Source of the DNA: an uncultured Phycisphaerales bacterium
GTDB lineage: Bacteria; Planctomycetota; Phycisphaerae; Sedimentisphaerales; Anaerobacaceae
DNA: 64,000 bases
Assembly: GCA_963718665.1 (NCBI GenBank)
Contig: OY970359.1
Location: 96,001 to 160,000, forward strand
Reading direction: 5' to 3'
Positions 1-10,784 of the stretch are shown one piece after another. The notes under the pieces were generated by a model. The model was not told where the DNA came from, made no database searches, and saw only the letters and a list, made by a program, of their open reading frames with translations. The first letter of the stretch is position 1; every line of letters starts with the position of its first letter. The translations under genes and the position numbers were made by a program.

Positions 1-180
1 GTTACACAGCCGGCCAATAGCAACGCACCCATTATTAAAGTCATTCGCGTTTTCATATACTGGATTGGATACCAGCATCCCGTAATCTTGTCAACTGCAA
101 CTTAAAATATGTGCTTTGCGGCAGGCGTCCCGCGCTGTATATTTTACTTCCTGATAGGGCCATTGAAAAAGGAATTGATA

Positions 181-1689
181 ATGAGCGATAACAGAACACT
201 TGTAATCCAGTTGAAAGATTTCGCAGGTCAGCAGGTATCATTATCCGGCTGGGTATATCAGGCGCGCTCCAGCGGCAAGGTGCAGTTCATCATCCTGCGC
301 GACGGCTCCGGCCTTTGCCAGTGCGTCGTCGAAAAAGGCAAAATCCCCGACGACGTATTCGACAAGCTCGAACACCTCGGACAGGAATCATCGCTTACGA
401 TAACCGGCCTCGTCCGCGCAGAACCTCGCAGCGTGGGCGGTTTCGAGCTGGCCGTCACAAACGCCCAGGTCATCCACGCCACAACCGATTACCCCATCAC
501 GCCAAAGGAACACGGCGTCGATTTCCTCCTGAAACACCGCCATTTGCACCTTCGCTCGCAAAGACAGTGGTGCATCGGCAAAATCCGCCACACGGTCATC
601 GACGCCATAAGGCGATTCTTCAACGATAATGGTTTCACCCTCATCGATACCCCCATATTGATGTCGGCAGCGGGTGAGGAAGAACAATCCCTTTTCGAGG
701 TCGATTACTTCGGCAGTACCATGTTCCTGACCCAGACGGGACAATTGCATCTCGAATGTGCCGCCGCGGCCTTCGGCAAGGTCTATTGTTTCGGCCCCAC
801 CTTCCGCGCTGAAAAAAGCAAGACACGCAGACACCTCACCGAATTCTGGATGGTCGAGCCCGAAGTCGCGTTTATCGATTTACCCGGCCTGTTGGAACTC
901 GCCGAAAATTTCGTCTCTAATATCGTCTCCCGCGTCCTGCAGGATAATAAACCTCAGCTTGAAGCATTATGCGCAGACATCGCAGGCCTCGAAAACATCA
1001 AGCCCCCCTTCTACCGGCTGACTTACACCCAGGCGGTTGAAATCCTCAAAGGCGAAAAAACCGTCAAATTTATGGCTGAACAACTAACACAGTTGAGCCG
1101 GGAAAAAGAAACAATCGAAAAACGAATCGCCCAGCTCGATACCGAGCAGGCGGGCCAAATCAAGCAGTGGAAACGCGATAAAAATGCCGCTGAACTGATT
1201 GCCCTGCGAAGCGACCTCGAAGAAATTAACATCAAAATAGAAAACAACCCCAAACACGCCAAACTCGCCGCCGAATTTCAGTGGGGTAAAGACCTTGGCG
1301 GCTCCGATGAGACAATCATCTCAATGATGCACGACAGGCCCGTCTTCGTAACACATTACCCAAGAGAAGCCAAAGCGTTTTATATGAAGACCGACCGCGA
1401 CAATGCCAAAGTCGTACAAAATTTCGATATGCTCGCCCCCAAGGGCTTCGGCGAAATCATCGGCGGCTCCGTCAGGGAAGACGACCACGATATGCTCCTC
1501 AAACGTATCGACGAGATGGGCCTCAAACGCGAAAACTACGACTGGTATCTCGACCTGCGAAAATACGGCTCTGTCCCCCACGGCGGCTTCGGCCTCGGCG
1601 TCGAAAGAACCGTCGCCTGGCTCACAGGCGAATCACACATCCGCCAGTGTATTCCCTTCCCAAGAATGATGGACAAGGTCTATATTTGA
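181..1689 (+). CDS. asnS: Asparagine--tRNA ligase with a ~75-aa coiled-coil insertion
   Basis: N-terminal OB fold (LSGWV...FIILRDGSG), class II motifs FRAEKSKTRRHLTEFWMVEPE and PHGGFGLGVER; ATG at 181 follows AAGGAA. Confidence 0.95.
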   Translation: MSDNRTLVIQLKDFAGQQVSLSGWVYQARSSGKVQFIILRDGSGLCQCVVEKGKIPDDVFDKLEHLGQESSLTITGLVRAEPRSVGGFELAVTNAQVIHATTDYPITPKEHGVDFLLKHRHLHLRSQRQWCIGKIRHTVIDAIRRFFNDNGFTLIDTPILMSAAGEEEQSLFEVDYFGSTMFLTQTGQLHLECAAAAFGKVYCFGPTFRAEKSKTRRHLTEFWMVEPEVAFIDLPGLLELAENFVSNIVSRVLQDNKPQLEALCADIAGLENIKPPFYRLTYTQAVEILKGEKTVKFMAEQLTQLSREKETIEKRIAQLDTEQAGQIKQWKRDKNAAELIALRSDLEEINIKIENNPKHAKLAAEFQWGKDLGGSDETIISMMHDRPVFVTHYPREAKAFYMKTDRDNAKVVQNFDMLAPKGFGEIIGGSVREDDHDMLLKRIDEMGLKRENYDWYLDLRKYGSVPHGGFGLGVERTVAWLTGESHIRQCIPFPRMMDKVYI

Positions 1690-1699
1690 CCAAAAATCG

Positions 1700-2581
1700 A
1701 TGGAACCCTGGACGATACAAAAACTGCTGAGCTGGGTCACTGAATACTTCACCGGCAAGGGTATCGACTCGCCTCGGTTGAGCGCGGACTGGCTGTTATG
1801 CTATGTGCTTGGCCTCAAACGCATCGAGCTATACACCCAGTTCAATAAAGTCGTGGGACAGGAACAACTCTCGCAGCTTCACGAATTGGTAAAACGGGCA
1901 GGCGCACACGAGCCAATCGCGTATCTGACCGGCAAAAAAGAATTCTACTCCCTCGAATTTGAAATCACAAAGGATTGCCTTATTCCCCGTCCCGAAACTG
2001 AGCTGCTCGTTGAACGCGCAATTGAATTTTTGCGAACGCGAAATGGTGAACAATTCATCTGCGACCTCTGCACCGGCTCCGGCTGTATCGCAGTCGCCAT
2101 AGCGAGGAATTTCGCCAATTGCCGGATAGTCGCTACCGATATCTCAGACGCCGTACTGGCCGTCGCCGAAAAAAACGTCGCAAAACACGGTTTGATGAAC
2201 CGGGTAAAACTTCTGCAGGGCGACTTATTCGAGCCGGTCATCGCCGGCCTCGGCCCCGCCAAATTCGACCTCATTGTGTCCAACCCCCCTTACGTCAGCG
2301 AACCCGAGTACGAAAAGTTAGCCCTAAACGTAAAAGATTTCGAGCCGAAGTCCGCCCTGACCGCCGGCCATGATGGATTGGACATTATCAAAAGAATAAT
2401 TGCCGATGCCAGCCAGCATTTGAAACCCACGGGGACATTTATGCTCGAAATCGGCAACGAGCAGGGAACCACGGTTCGCAACCTGCTCGAAACCGCCGGG
2501 TACTTTGGCGATGTTAAGATAGAGAAGGACTACTCCAATCTTGACCGCCTCGCTGTTGCTGTAACAAAACCCGCTAAATAA
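1700..2581 (+). CDS. prmC: Release factor glutamine methyltransferase
   Basis: LIPRPETE, DLCTGSGCIA and NPPY motifs. Confidence 0.95.
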   Translation: MEPWTIQKLLSWVTEYFTGKGIDSPRLSADWLLCYVLGLKRIELYTQFNKVVGQEQLSQLHELVKRAGAHEPIAYLTGKKEFYSLEFEITKDCLIPRPETELLVERAIEFLRTRNGEQFICDLCTGSGCIAVAIARNFANCRIVATDISDAVLAVAEKNVAKHGLMNRVKLLQGDLFEPVIAGLGPAKFDLIVSNPPYVSEPEYEKLALNVKDFEPKSALTAGHDGLDIIKRIIADASQHLKPTGTFMLEIGNEQGTTVRNLLETAGYFGDVKIEKDYSNLDRLAVAVTKPAK

Positions 2582-2773
2582 TAACTTCTCTGAAACGTTA
2601 CGGACCTATAAAAAGCTGCATCATTGCCAAAAAACACGCATAGATATCCCCGAAAAACAATATTTTTGCTGTTTTTCTAAAAAATTTTTGCTTCCATAAC
2701 TCCTTATCTGTCAAATAGTTATCGAAGGCCACCGTCTGCCATATCCCCCCCCAAAAAAAACGAAAGATTTTGC

Positions 2774-2803
2774 TTGCTTTCGCAGCCCTATATCTGGTAA
2801 ACT
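2774..2803 (+). promoter_or_regulatory. Putative sigma-70-type promoter for the PEP-CTERM gene
   Basis: TTGCTT-N18-TAAACT in an AT-rich intergenic region. Confidence 0.35.
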
Positions 2804-2876
2804 ATGCATTATGTAAGAGAGTCACACATCACGATTAGGTGTGTGAAAAACAAGATAGAGTGATGATTGAAGGAGA

Positions 2877-3506
2877 GTGGGTATGAATAGATATTCTGGT
2901 GCAATTCTTTGTGTTCTTTTATTGTTTGCTGTATCAACTGTTAATGCGTCTATCGTCGGCTGGAATTGTGCCGATGATAAAGATGGCGCAATCGTGATGA
3001 CTCCGACAGGTTGGACGGACAATGGGGGCCACGATTACACTTACTCAATGAACTGCGCACAGTATGGGACTCTGGGGCATTTATTGGGCGATTTCACGAC
3101 CGACACAGAGCAAGACCCGACTGTTGGTATCATCGAGGATATCAGCAACGACACGGGCTTCGATTGGACGGACTACCATATCACCATCGGCATGACCAAG
3201 GCCTTCACATTTGTGAGTTCATATATAATAGCGCCGGATGGTTGGACAGAGAGCTTCAAACCTGTGTTATCCGGACAGCCGTTACCGGGCAACATAAGCC
3301 CTGGGACAGGTTGGGTCGGGACAGTCGACTACGTTAACGTAACGGGTGCTCCTATTGTCGTAGACAGTGATGGCCTTTTCGGGTTCAAAGTATCGTTCAC
3401 CGGGAGTACGGATTTCTACACGGCACAGATTCCTACACCTGAGCCGACGACGATTATTCTGCTTGGGCTTGGTGCGATATCCGTCATCAGAAGAAAAAGA
3501 GCGTAA
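2877..3506 (+). CDS. PEP-CTERM sorting domain surface protein
   Basis: N-terminal signal peptide; C-terminal PEPTTIILLGLGAISVIRRKRA (PEP, TM helix, basic tail). Confidence 0.9.
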   Translation: MGMNRYSGAILCVLLLFAVSTVNASIVGWNCADDKDGAIVMTPTGWTDNGGHDYTYSMNCAQYGTLGHLLGDFTTDTEQDPTVGIIEDISNDTGFDWTDYHITIGMTKAFTFVSSYIIAPDGWTESFKPVLSGQPLPGNISPGTGWVGTVDYVNVTGAPIVVDSDGLFGFKVSFTGSTDFYTAQIPTPEPTTIILLGLGAISVIRRKRA

Positions 3507-3540
3507 ATATAGCAGACATACTTGAGCAAGCAAACAAATC

Positions 3541-3574
3541 AAAAAAGCTCACGCAAAATCGCGTGAGCTTTTTT
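3541..3574. terminator. Bidirectional rho-independent terminator
   Basis: AAAAAAGCTCACGC-AAAATC-GCGTGAGCTTTTTT between two convergent genes. Confidence 0.85.
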
Positions 3575-3606
3575 ATTTTATCGTACAGCAATAACCCGCC
3601 GGAGTT

Positions 3607-4554
3607 TTAAGCCGTAACGTCGCGTATCTCCTCGTAAAACTTCGCGTATTTATCCTTGTCTGCGGTCTTGCGCATCTCAATTGCCGCGCGAGGATGCTCA
3701 TTCAGCATACCCGTAATCATATAGGGTATCAAATAACCCCACTCGATATCCTTCTGCATCGGCAGCATCTGCTCTTCGATGACCCTCAGGATGGGACTTA
3801 GCTTAAATTTCGGGTTCTTCAGAAAACTGACTAATAATTCAAGCGGACAGTTGCCCGGCCCCCTGCCTATGCCGTATAACGAGCCATCGAGGAAATTGGC
3901 ATTATGGATAATGCCCTCGATGGTATTGGAAAACGCAAGCTGCTGGTTATTGTGACAGTGCATACCGATTTCCTTGTTCTCCGGCAGATGCTTTCGGTAA
4001 AGCTTCACAAGGTATTCAATCTGCTCGCAATACAAAGCGCCGAAACTGTCCACTACGTAAACAACATCCACCGGCGATTTGGCAAGCTGGTCAAGGGCCT
4101 CTATTATATCCGGCTCAATCTCCTTCGATATCGCCATTATATTGACCGTCGTCTCGTAGCCAAGACCGTGACAGCGGTTTACCAGCTCGATTGCCTTATC
4201 CATATCTTTGACGTATGTCGCAACCCGGACCATATCTATGGGGCTTTCATCCGCTGGAACAAACTCCTGCTCTTTGACGCGGTGCGCATCAACCATAATA
4301 CTAAGCTTCATCGCCGATTCTATCCCGTCGGTGATTTCCTTTATCTTCTCATCGTCGCAGTATTTCCACGCCCCGAAATCCTTAGGCGGGGAAAGCTCCC
4401 GGCTGCAGCGATAACCCATCTCCATATAATCTATGCCGCTCTGCGACAACGCCCTGTAAACCTCGCGGACAAACTCGTCGGTGAAATAATGGTTGTTCAT
4501 CAGCCCGCCGTCCCGTATCGTGCAATCCAGCAACTTTATTCTTTCTCTGTACAC
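3607..4554 (-). CDS. DRE-TIM metallolyase (pyruvate carboxyltransferase / 4-hydroxy-2-oxovalerate aldolase-like catalytic domain)
   Basis: LLDCTIRDGG, GMHCHNN and GIGRGPGN motifs; GTG start after GAGG. Confidence 0.8.
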   Translation of the reverse strand: MYRERIKLLDCTIRDGGLMNNHYFTDEFVREVYRALSQSGIDYMEMGYRCSRELSPPKDFGAWKYCDDEKIKEITDGIESAMKLSIMVDAHRVKEQEFVPADESPIDMVRVATYVKDMDKAIELVNRCHGLGYETTVNIMAISKEIEPDIIEALDQLAKSPVDVVYVVDSFGALYCEQIEYLVKLYRKHLPENKEIGMHCHNNQQLAFSNTIEGIIHNANFLDGSLYGIGRGPGNCPLELLVSFLKNPKFKLSPILRVIEEQMLPMQKDIEWGYLIPYMITGMLNEHPRAAIEMRKTADKDKYAKFYEEIRDVTA

Positions 4555-4576
4555 GTTAATCCTCAACCAATAAAAA

Positions 4577-5668
4577 TTATAGTTTTCCCAAGACCTTCTC
4601 AACCACGTCTTGTTTTACTTCGACGGCCCACTGTCCCTCCCTGCGGTGGACAGCCCCTATTCTATCAATTAAAACGAATCTTGGCCACTTATTTATCGCC
4701 TTTTTATCGCGCTTTATTATATCCGTCAAAGCCGCTGCGTCTATGTTTGTCGGTTTCCGGACAGGCACACCCAATCCAACAAGAACCTTTCTGATTCTTG
4801 CGAGCCGTTTCTCATCGCCCAGCCCCGTCTCGATTTCAATCATCCCCGCCGCGATAATCCCGATTGCCACCGCCTCCCCGTGCAATAATTCAAAACCGCT
4901 TCCCCATTCTATCGCGTGGCCTATTGTATGCCCGTAATTGAGCATCCTCCGCTGGTTTTTCTCCGTCGGGTCCGCCTCAACAACCTGCGCCTTGATTCTG
5001 CAATTATGATACGCGACCTGCTCCAGGACATCAGCCCGTCCGCGCAAAATCGCGTCAAGATTACTTTCCAGGAACTCGAAGTATTTCTCATCCGCTATCA
5101 ACGCGTGCTTTACCGATTCGACCAGCCCCGCCCTGTATTGCCTTTCATCGAGCGTCTTCAGCGTCGCCACGTCGATATAAACGGCCGACGGATGCCAAAA
5201 ACAGCCGAAGGCGTTTTTGCTCAAAGACGAATTCACGCCCGTCTTGCCCCCTATTGCAGAATCCGCTTGCGCCAATGTCGTCGTCGGTATCTGAACCACC
5301 TTTACCCCCCTTTTGAATACCGCCGCCGCAAACCCCGCTATGTCGCCAACCACGCCGCCGCCCAGCGCAACCACAATCGTGTCCCTGCCAAGATACGCAT
5401 TCTCCATCGCCTCAATAATCGAGACAAGGGTATTCATATTCTTCGACGATTCCCCCGGCTTAATAACGTAACTGGGAATGTCCCTGCCGCAAAGAAGTTT
5501 ATCGAGATGCCCCGCCCCGGCCACGTTAGCGTCAGTAATAACGAATTTACCGACGGCGCCGAACTGCGATTCAATCTTCGACCATACGGAACCCAGGATA
5601 TCCGTCCCGATTTCTATCCGGTATTCACCCGCCTTCTCCGCAGGTACTTTTACAGTTAATTCAGCCAT
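4577..5668 (-). CDS. aroB: 3-dehydroquinate synthase
   Basis: GGGVVGDIAGF, PTT..AQADSAIGGKTG, LNYGHTIGHA, LHGEAV. Confidence 0.95.
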   Translation of the reverse strand: MAELTVKVPAEKAGEYRIEIGTDILGSVWSKIESQFGAVGKFVITDANVAGAGHLDKLLCGRDIPSYVIKPGESSKNMNTLVSIIEAMENAYLGRDTIVVALGGGVVGDIAGFAAAVFKRGVKVVQIPTTTLAQADSAIGGKTGVNSSLSKNAFGCFWHPSAVYIDVATLKTLDERQYRAGLVESVKHALIADEKYFEFLESNLDAILRGRADVLEQVAYHNCRIKAQVVEADPTEKNQRRMLNYGHTIGHAIEWGSGFELLHGEAVAIGIIAAGMIEIETGLGDEKRLARIRKVLVGLGVPVRKPTNIDAAALTDIIKRDKKAINKWPRFVLIDRIGAVHRREGQWAVEVKQDVVEKVLGKL

Positions 5669-5702
5669 CTTTTAATCTCTGTGTACTCTGTGACCTCTGT
5701 GG

Positions 5703-6230
5703 CTAATAACGTATTATTGATTTGACCTTATAACCCGCGAGCTTCTTTATCCCTTCAAGCTCCGTCAGCTCAATAAGAAACACCACGCCCACTATCTTGC
5801 CGCCTAACTGTTCAATCAGTTCGCACGACGCCTTTATCGTCCCGCCCGTCGCCAGCAAATCATCCACCATCAAAATCTTCGCCCCCGCAGGCACCGCGTC
5901 TTTGTGTATCTCAACCGTGCTTGTACCGTATTCGAGGTCGTATGCTACGCTAACGGTCTTCGATGGCAGTTTGCCTTTCTTGCGAACCGGGACAAATCCC
6001 ACATTCAACTTTGCCGCCACCGCCGCCCCCAGAATAAATCCTCTGGCCTCGACGCCCACGACATACTGAATCCCCTCGCCCGCAAAATCCGCCGCCATCG
6101 CGTCAATCGCCGTCTTGAAGGCCTCCGCATTGCCCAGCAATGGCGTTATATCACGAAACAAAATCCCCTTCTTCGGCCAATCCGGCACATCCCTAATATA
6201 CTTTTTCAAATCCACTCTGTCCTTGCTCAT
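5703..6230 (-). CDS. apt: Adenine phosphoribosyltransferase
   Basis: DWPKKGILFRDITPL, EARGF, VRKKGKLP, VDDLLATGGT. Confidence 0.95.
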   Translation of the reverse strand: MSKDRVDLKKYIRDVPDWPKKGILFRDITPLLGNAEAFKTAIDAMAADFAGEGIQYVVGVEARGFILGAAVAAKLNVGFVPVRKKGKLPSKTVSVAYDLEYGTSTVEIHKDAVPAGAKILMVDDLLATGGTIKASCELIEQLGGKIVGVVFLIELTELEGIKKLAGYKVKSIIRY

Positions 6231-6457
6231 AATATCCGTGCTCCTGCTATTGTTTCCTAATGTTCCTCCTTTTATTTTACCACTATAAATTACAGTATCC
6301 AGTGTTAATTGCCTCCCCGCCCTCTTTCGGACAGACAATCTCACCGCTAAAATCAGGAATCAGAAATTTAAAATCGACAATCGGCAATCGGAAATGACTT
6401 CGTGCCCTCTTCGCCCAAAACCGGGCCGGTTCTTTGTAACTCAAAACTAAACACTAA

Positions 6458-6492
6458 ACACGGAGCGAAGCGACGAGCCCGCTTCGGAAACT
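6458..6492 (-). repeat. 35-nt hairpin repeat, copy 1 of 3
   Basis: ACACGGAGCGAAGCGACGAGCCCGCTTCGGAAACT, identical at 13711-13745 and inverted at 24640-24674. Confidence 0.9.
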
Positions 6493-6503
6493 CAAAACTC
6501 TAA

Positions 6504-7327
6504 TTACGGCTCTTCCATAAACTCGTAGAGCTTCGTCAGCGCCTCGTGCTGAATCTGCCGGATTCGCTCACGGGTCAAACCCAGCTTTTCACCGATTTCC
6601 TTTAATCCCATCGGCGCTTTGCCGTTAAGCCCGTAGTGCAGCCGTAGAACCTCCGCGTCTCTCGGGTCCATCTGGCTCAAAAGCTGTATCACCTTCGCCT
6701 TTTCCTCATCTTCAACCATATCATCTTCCGGCCTGCCCACGCTCTGGTTGCTGATATTCGCGTCGAATGACTGGTTCTCCTCGCCCGAATCTTCTTGCTG
6801 ATTGTCATTTACCGAGCCGAGAACCTTCACCGTCTCGTCGATAATCCTCGCCTTCTTCACAGACATACCTGTCACGTCCGCCATTTCCACAACTGTCGGC
6901 TTTCTGCCAAGCTTGTTCCCTACCTCCGCCATCGTATGACGCCACTGGTTAATCAGCCCAATCATATACCCAGGTACATGAACAGGCCTGATGTCTCCCA
7001 GTTGTGCGCTCTTTATGCCCTGCCTTATCCACCATGCCGCGTATGTGCTGAATCGCGTCCCGCGATTCGGGTCAAAATAATCTGCCGCCCTTATCAATCC
7101 GAGGTTGCCCTCCTCAATTAAATCGCCTAATGACAGCGCCCCCTGTTGGCGTATTTCTTGGCGATACTGACTACCAATCGAAGATTGCTGCGAACGAGCA
7201 GCTCTCGTGCCTCCGGGTCATTATCTTCAGCTATCCGCAAAGCCAGTTCATGTTCATCTTCAACTGAAAGCAGCGGCGCCTCGTCTATTTCATGCAGATA
7301 CTCTTTTATTGTCACATCAAAAGCCAT
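6504..7327 (-). CDS. RpoD/SigA-family sigma-70 factor, frameshifted near 7140 (probably a sequencing error)
   Basis: Region 1.2 YLHEI and region 2 [12 protein letters not shown] lie in one frame; [24 protein letters not shown] and region 4 TRERIRQI lie in another; the break is in a G5 run. Confidence 0.85.
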
Positions 7328-7685
7328 ATTTGCCCCCAACCCTTATCTCGATTTATAATCGCATTACCCCTTACACTATAAATTATATGCTACACGCTAT
7401 TAACTATACGAATATCGACACAGATTCCCCCTCGGTTTACCTGAAAAATGACGCGGCAACACGTTTTATCAGAAAAATAATCGCCTTGTTATCGGCCCGT
7501 CCCCGGCAAATTAGCGTTAATCTGCGTCTAAAAACTTTTTGTGCTTTTTTGTGGCTAAAGGCACTTGCATAAATATTCCAAAAAGTGACAATATCGTAAC
7601 AAAACCGTAACATCGGCGAGTCAGAATAAGAACCTGACGCTGGAATCAGATGTTCAGAATGGTTGCGTATTTCAGGAGACAAGCA

Positions 7686-8531
7686 ATGAGAAGGTATTTA
7701 CCTGTAACCCTGCTGGCCTGCTGTCTTGTTTTAACCTTACTTGTTTGTGGATGCTGTATATGCTGGGGGTGGCCCGCAAAGGCGCACTATGAAACAACTG
7801 AGCAGCTATCGGCTTCAATGACAGGATTGGAGCAGATAAAAATCGATACGAGCTTCGGGAACGTGAAAATCACAGGCGCCGACACAACGGATTGCACCGC
7901 AACCGCCACAATCAACGGCCAGGCGCCGACTTTGGCAGAGGCCCAACAACTCGCGGAGCAGACAAAAATAACGCTTGTTACCGAGGGCAAGGTCCTGGTA
8001 TTCAAGGTTGAAAAGCCGACTCTGAGCAACAACCGTTCAATCGGGGTTAGTTACGATGTTACCGTGCCGACCAGAACGGGCATAAAATGCGAAACCTCCT
8101 TCGGCAATGTCGAGCTGAAAAATATCACAGGAGATATCGACGCAAAAACCAGCTTCGGAAAAATCTACGCGGAAAATATCACAGGCAAAATGCAATTAGA
8201 CACTTCATATGGCGAGATTGACTGCGAGAAAATAACCACTGGCTATTTTACGGCAACGTCGAGCTTCGGAAAAATGGATATCGATTTCTCCGCCGCCTGC
8301 CCGGCCGATATACGAGCGAGAATTGAGACATCATTCGGCGATGTGGATGTGGATGTCCCGCCGAATTTCGCGGGGGACGTAGCCGTTGAAACGAGCTTCG
8401 GCAGCGTCAAAACGGAACTGCCGATAACCGTTAAAGGCGATTTCGGCAAGACCAAGCTTTACGGCACAATCGGACAAGGCAAAGGCAAAATGGACCTGAA
8501 AACCAGCTTCGGCTCGATAAAGATAAAATAA
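7686..8531 (+). CDS. Exported DUF4097-type beta-strand repeat (adhesin-like) protein
   Basis: Signal/lipoprotein-like N-terminus; repeated xTSFGxI/V units. Confidence 0.8.
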   Translation: MRRYLPVTLLACCLVLTLLVCGCCICWGWPAKAHYETTEQLSASMTGLEQIKIDTSFGNVKITGADTTDCTATATINGQAPTLAEAQQLAEQTKITLVTEGKVLVFKVEKPTLSNNRSIGVSYDVTVPTRTGIKCETSFGNVELKNITGDIDAKTSFGKIYAENITGKMQLDTSYGEIDCEKITTGYFTATSSFGKMDIDFSAACPADIRARIETSFGDVDVDVPPNFAGDVAVETSFGSVKTELPITVKGDFGKTKLYGTIGQGKGKMDLKTSFGSIKIK

Positions 8532-8820
8532 CGACTTAGCCCGCGATATAAATGGCTACGGCGAACTGACGTTTCTTGATACCGTCCATACCCTCGCCTG
8601 AAAATTCTTTATATCAATACCCGTCTTTGATTAAAATGCTCATAGTCTTTTCGACTAATCAAAAGGACTATGGCAATTCCTGCCCCCCACGGCTACCCCT
8701 AATAGGTGCGGGGGTGTGGCTAAATAAAAATCCGTGAGAATCCGTGTCAATCCGTGGTTAAAAAAAGAGGCCAGGAACATTTCTGTCCTGACCCCTTATC
8801 ATCTCTGTTACAAACCGCTT

Positions 8821-10620
8821 TTATGCTGTTGGCTGTTCCGGGCCTGGCTCATCCGATGCTGGCGGCTGTTCTTCCGCTGGGGTGCCTTCCGGCTGCCTGC
8901 CCTCTGTGGCGACGGCCTCTGCGACAACAGCGTCTGTGCCTTCGCCTGCCTGCCCCTCAGGGGACTGCCCTTCAGCAGCCCACTGTGCCCTTCGCAAACT
9001 CAAGCCAATCTTCCGTGCTTCACTGTCAACCTTCAATATCTTCACCTCAAGCTCATCATCAACCTTGACGATATCCTGCGGCTTCTTGATTTTCTGGTCC
9101 GACAGCTCCGAAATATGCAGCAATCCCTCGAGGTCCGGCTCAAGCTGCACAAATGCTCCGAAATTCGTTAGCTTCGTTACCTTGCCCCTGACAATATGCC
9201 CGGGGATATACTTTTCCGGTATCGCGTGAAGCCACGGGTCTTCGCTCAACTGTTTTACGCCAAGCGATACACGTTGCTTTTCCGGGTCGATATCCAGAAC
9301 GACGCATTTTACCTTATCGCCCTTTTGCAGTGCCTCATTCGGATGGCTGAACTTCCTTGTCCAGCTAAGGTCCGAAATATGAATCATCCCGTCGATGCCT
9401 TCTTCAACCTCGACAAACGCACCGTAATTCGTAACGCCGCGGACCGTCGCGTTGACCAATGTCCCCGGCGGATACTTCTGTGCCGCTACCGACCACGGGT
9501 TGGTTTCCGTCTGCTTCAATCCGAGCGAAATCTCCTGTTTGTCCTTGTTGACGTTAAGGACCATCACCTCGACTTCGTCGTTAAGATTCAGCATCTCGCT
9601 CGGGTGATTGAGCCGTTTGGTCCAGCTCATCTCGCTGATATGAACAAGCCCCTCAATCCCGTCTTCGAGCCGGACAAACACGCCGTAATTCATAATATTT
9701 ACGACCTTGCCCTTGACTCTCGATCCGACCGGGTAATCATGCTCGACGTTTTCCCACGGACTTGGGCTTTTCTGCTTCAGGCCGAGCGATATCTTCTCGT
9801 TCGACTTGTCAACGCCGATAACTACGCACTCAATTTCCTCATCGAGCCGCACAACTTCCGATGGATGACTCACGCGGCCCCAGCTCAGGTCTGAAATATG
9901 AAGCAATCCATCTACGCCGCCCAAATCCACAAACACGCCGAAATCCGCGATATTCTTGACGATACCTTTTCGCCTCTGGCCAACCTCGATTTCGGTAAGA
10001 ATTTTTTCTTTGCTCTGTTTGCGCTCGTCCTCAATCAGTTTGCGTCTCGATATGACGATATTCCTGCCTTCGATGTCAATCTTCAAAACCACGCACTCAA
10101 CTTCCTTGCCGATGAACCTGCTTATATCGCCGGGCCTGCGTATATCGACCTGCGACGCCGGAAGGAATACCGGCACACCTATATCAACCAGCAATCCGCC
10201 CTTAATCCGGCGGACGACCTTACCCTTGACCGTATCCCCTTCCTTCTTGGTGCTAATCAGGTTCTCCCAGCCCCTGATTCTGTCGGCTTTGTGCTTGCTC
10301 AGCAGAAGCAGACCCGTCTCCGAATCCGTATCTTCCAGCAGCGCCTCTATATCTCTGCCTTCCGCTATTTCCGATGGGTCATCGAACTCTGCCGCGTCAA
10401 TCACGCCTTCGCTCTTGAGCCCCACTTCGACAATAACATCGTTCCCGATTTGGGTGACGATTTTGCCCTTGAGAATCGTCCCCGGCTGATGCGAATCCAC
10501 CTTCGCCTGCAGCGCCTCCTGGAACATCTCGTTTTCCTTTTCACCGAACATCTCATTGACCTGCTGGTCAATCTGCTCGGCAGTCAAACCCAACTTGTTA
10601 ATTATATTTCTGTCAACCAT
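8821..10620 (-). CDS. rpsA: 30S ribosomal protein S1
   Basis: Six S1 domains (FLPASQVD, DGLLHISDLSW, EGLVHISEMSW). Confidence 0.97.
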   Translation of the reverse strand: MVDRNIINKLGLTAEQIDQQVNEMFGEKENEMFQEALQAKVDSHQPGTILKGKIVTQIGNDVIVEVGLKSEGVIDAAEFDDPSEIAEGRDIEALLEDTDSETGLLLLSKHKADRIRGWENLISTKKEGDTVKGKVVRRIKGGLLVDIGVPVFLPASQVDIRRPGDISRFIGKEVECVVLKIDIEGRNIVISRRKLIEDERKQSKEKILTEIEVGQRRKGIVKNIADFGVFVDLGGVDGLLHISDLSWGRVSHPSEVVRLDEEIECVVIGVDKSNEKISLGLKQKSPSPWENVEHDYPVGSRVKGKVVNIMNYGVFVRLEDGIEGLVHISEMSWTKRLNHPSEMLNLNDEVEVMVLNVNKDKQEISLGLKQTETNPWSVAAQKYPPGTLVNATVRGVTNYGAFVEVEEGIDGMIHISDLSWTRKFSHPNEALQKGDKVKCVVLDIDPEKQRVSLGVKQLSEDPWLHAIPEKYIPGHIVRGKVTKLTNFGAFVQLEPDLEGLLHISELSDQKIKKPQDIVKVDDELEVKILKVDSEARKIGLSLRRAQWAAEGQSPEGQAGEGTDAVVAEAVATEGRQPEGTPAEEQPPASDEPGPEQPTA

Positions 10621-10784
10621 AAACTTGCTATTCCCCTGTGGTGTCTCGTTTTACGCTCGTCTGCGCCCCACATTTACGCCGACGAACCACCGAGCAACAT
10701 AGCCCGGCTAAAAAGTTAATAATCAAAAATGCGCCTGCCTACGCAGCAAATGCTAAAAATCGTACATTGTATTTCGTATTTCGG

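Noticed and set aside
8734..9171. ORFs that begin in repeat arrays (also 22689-22889, 30452-31081, 31478-31696)
   Set aside because: They are translations of repeat DNA or overlap real genes and lack coding signatures.
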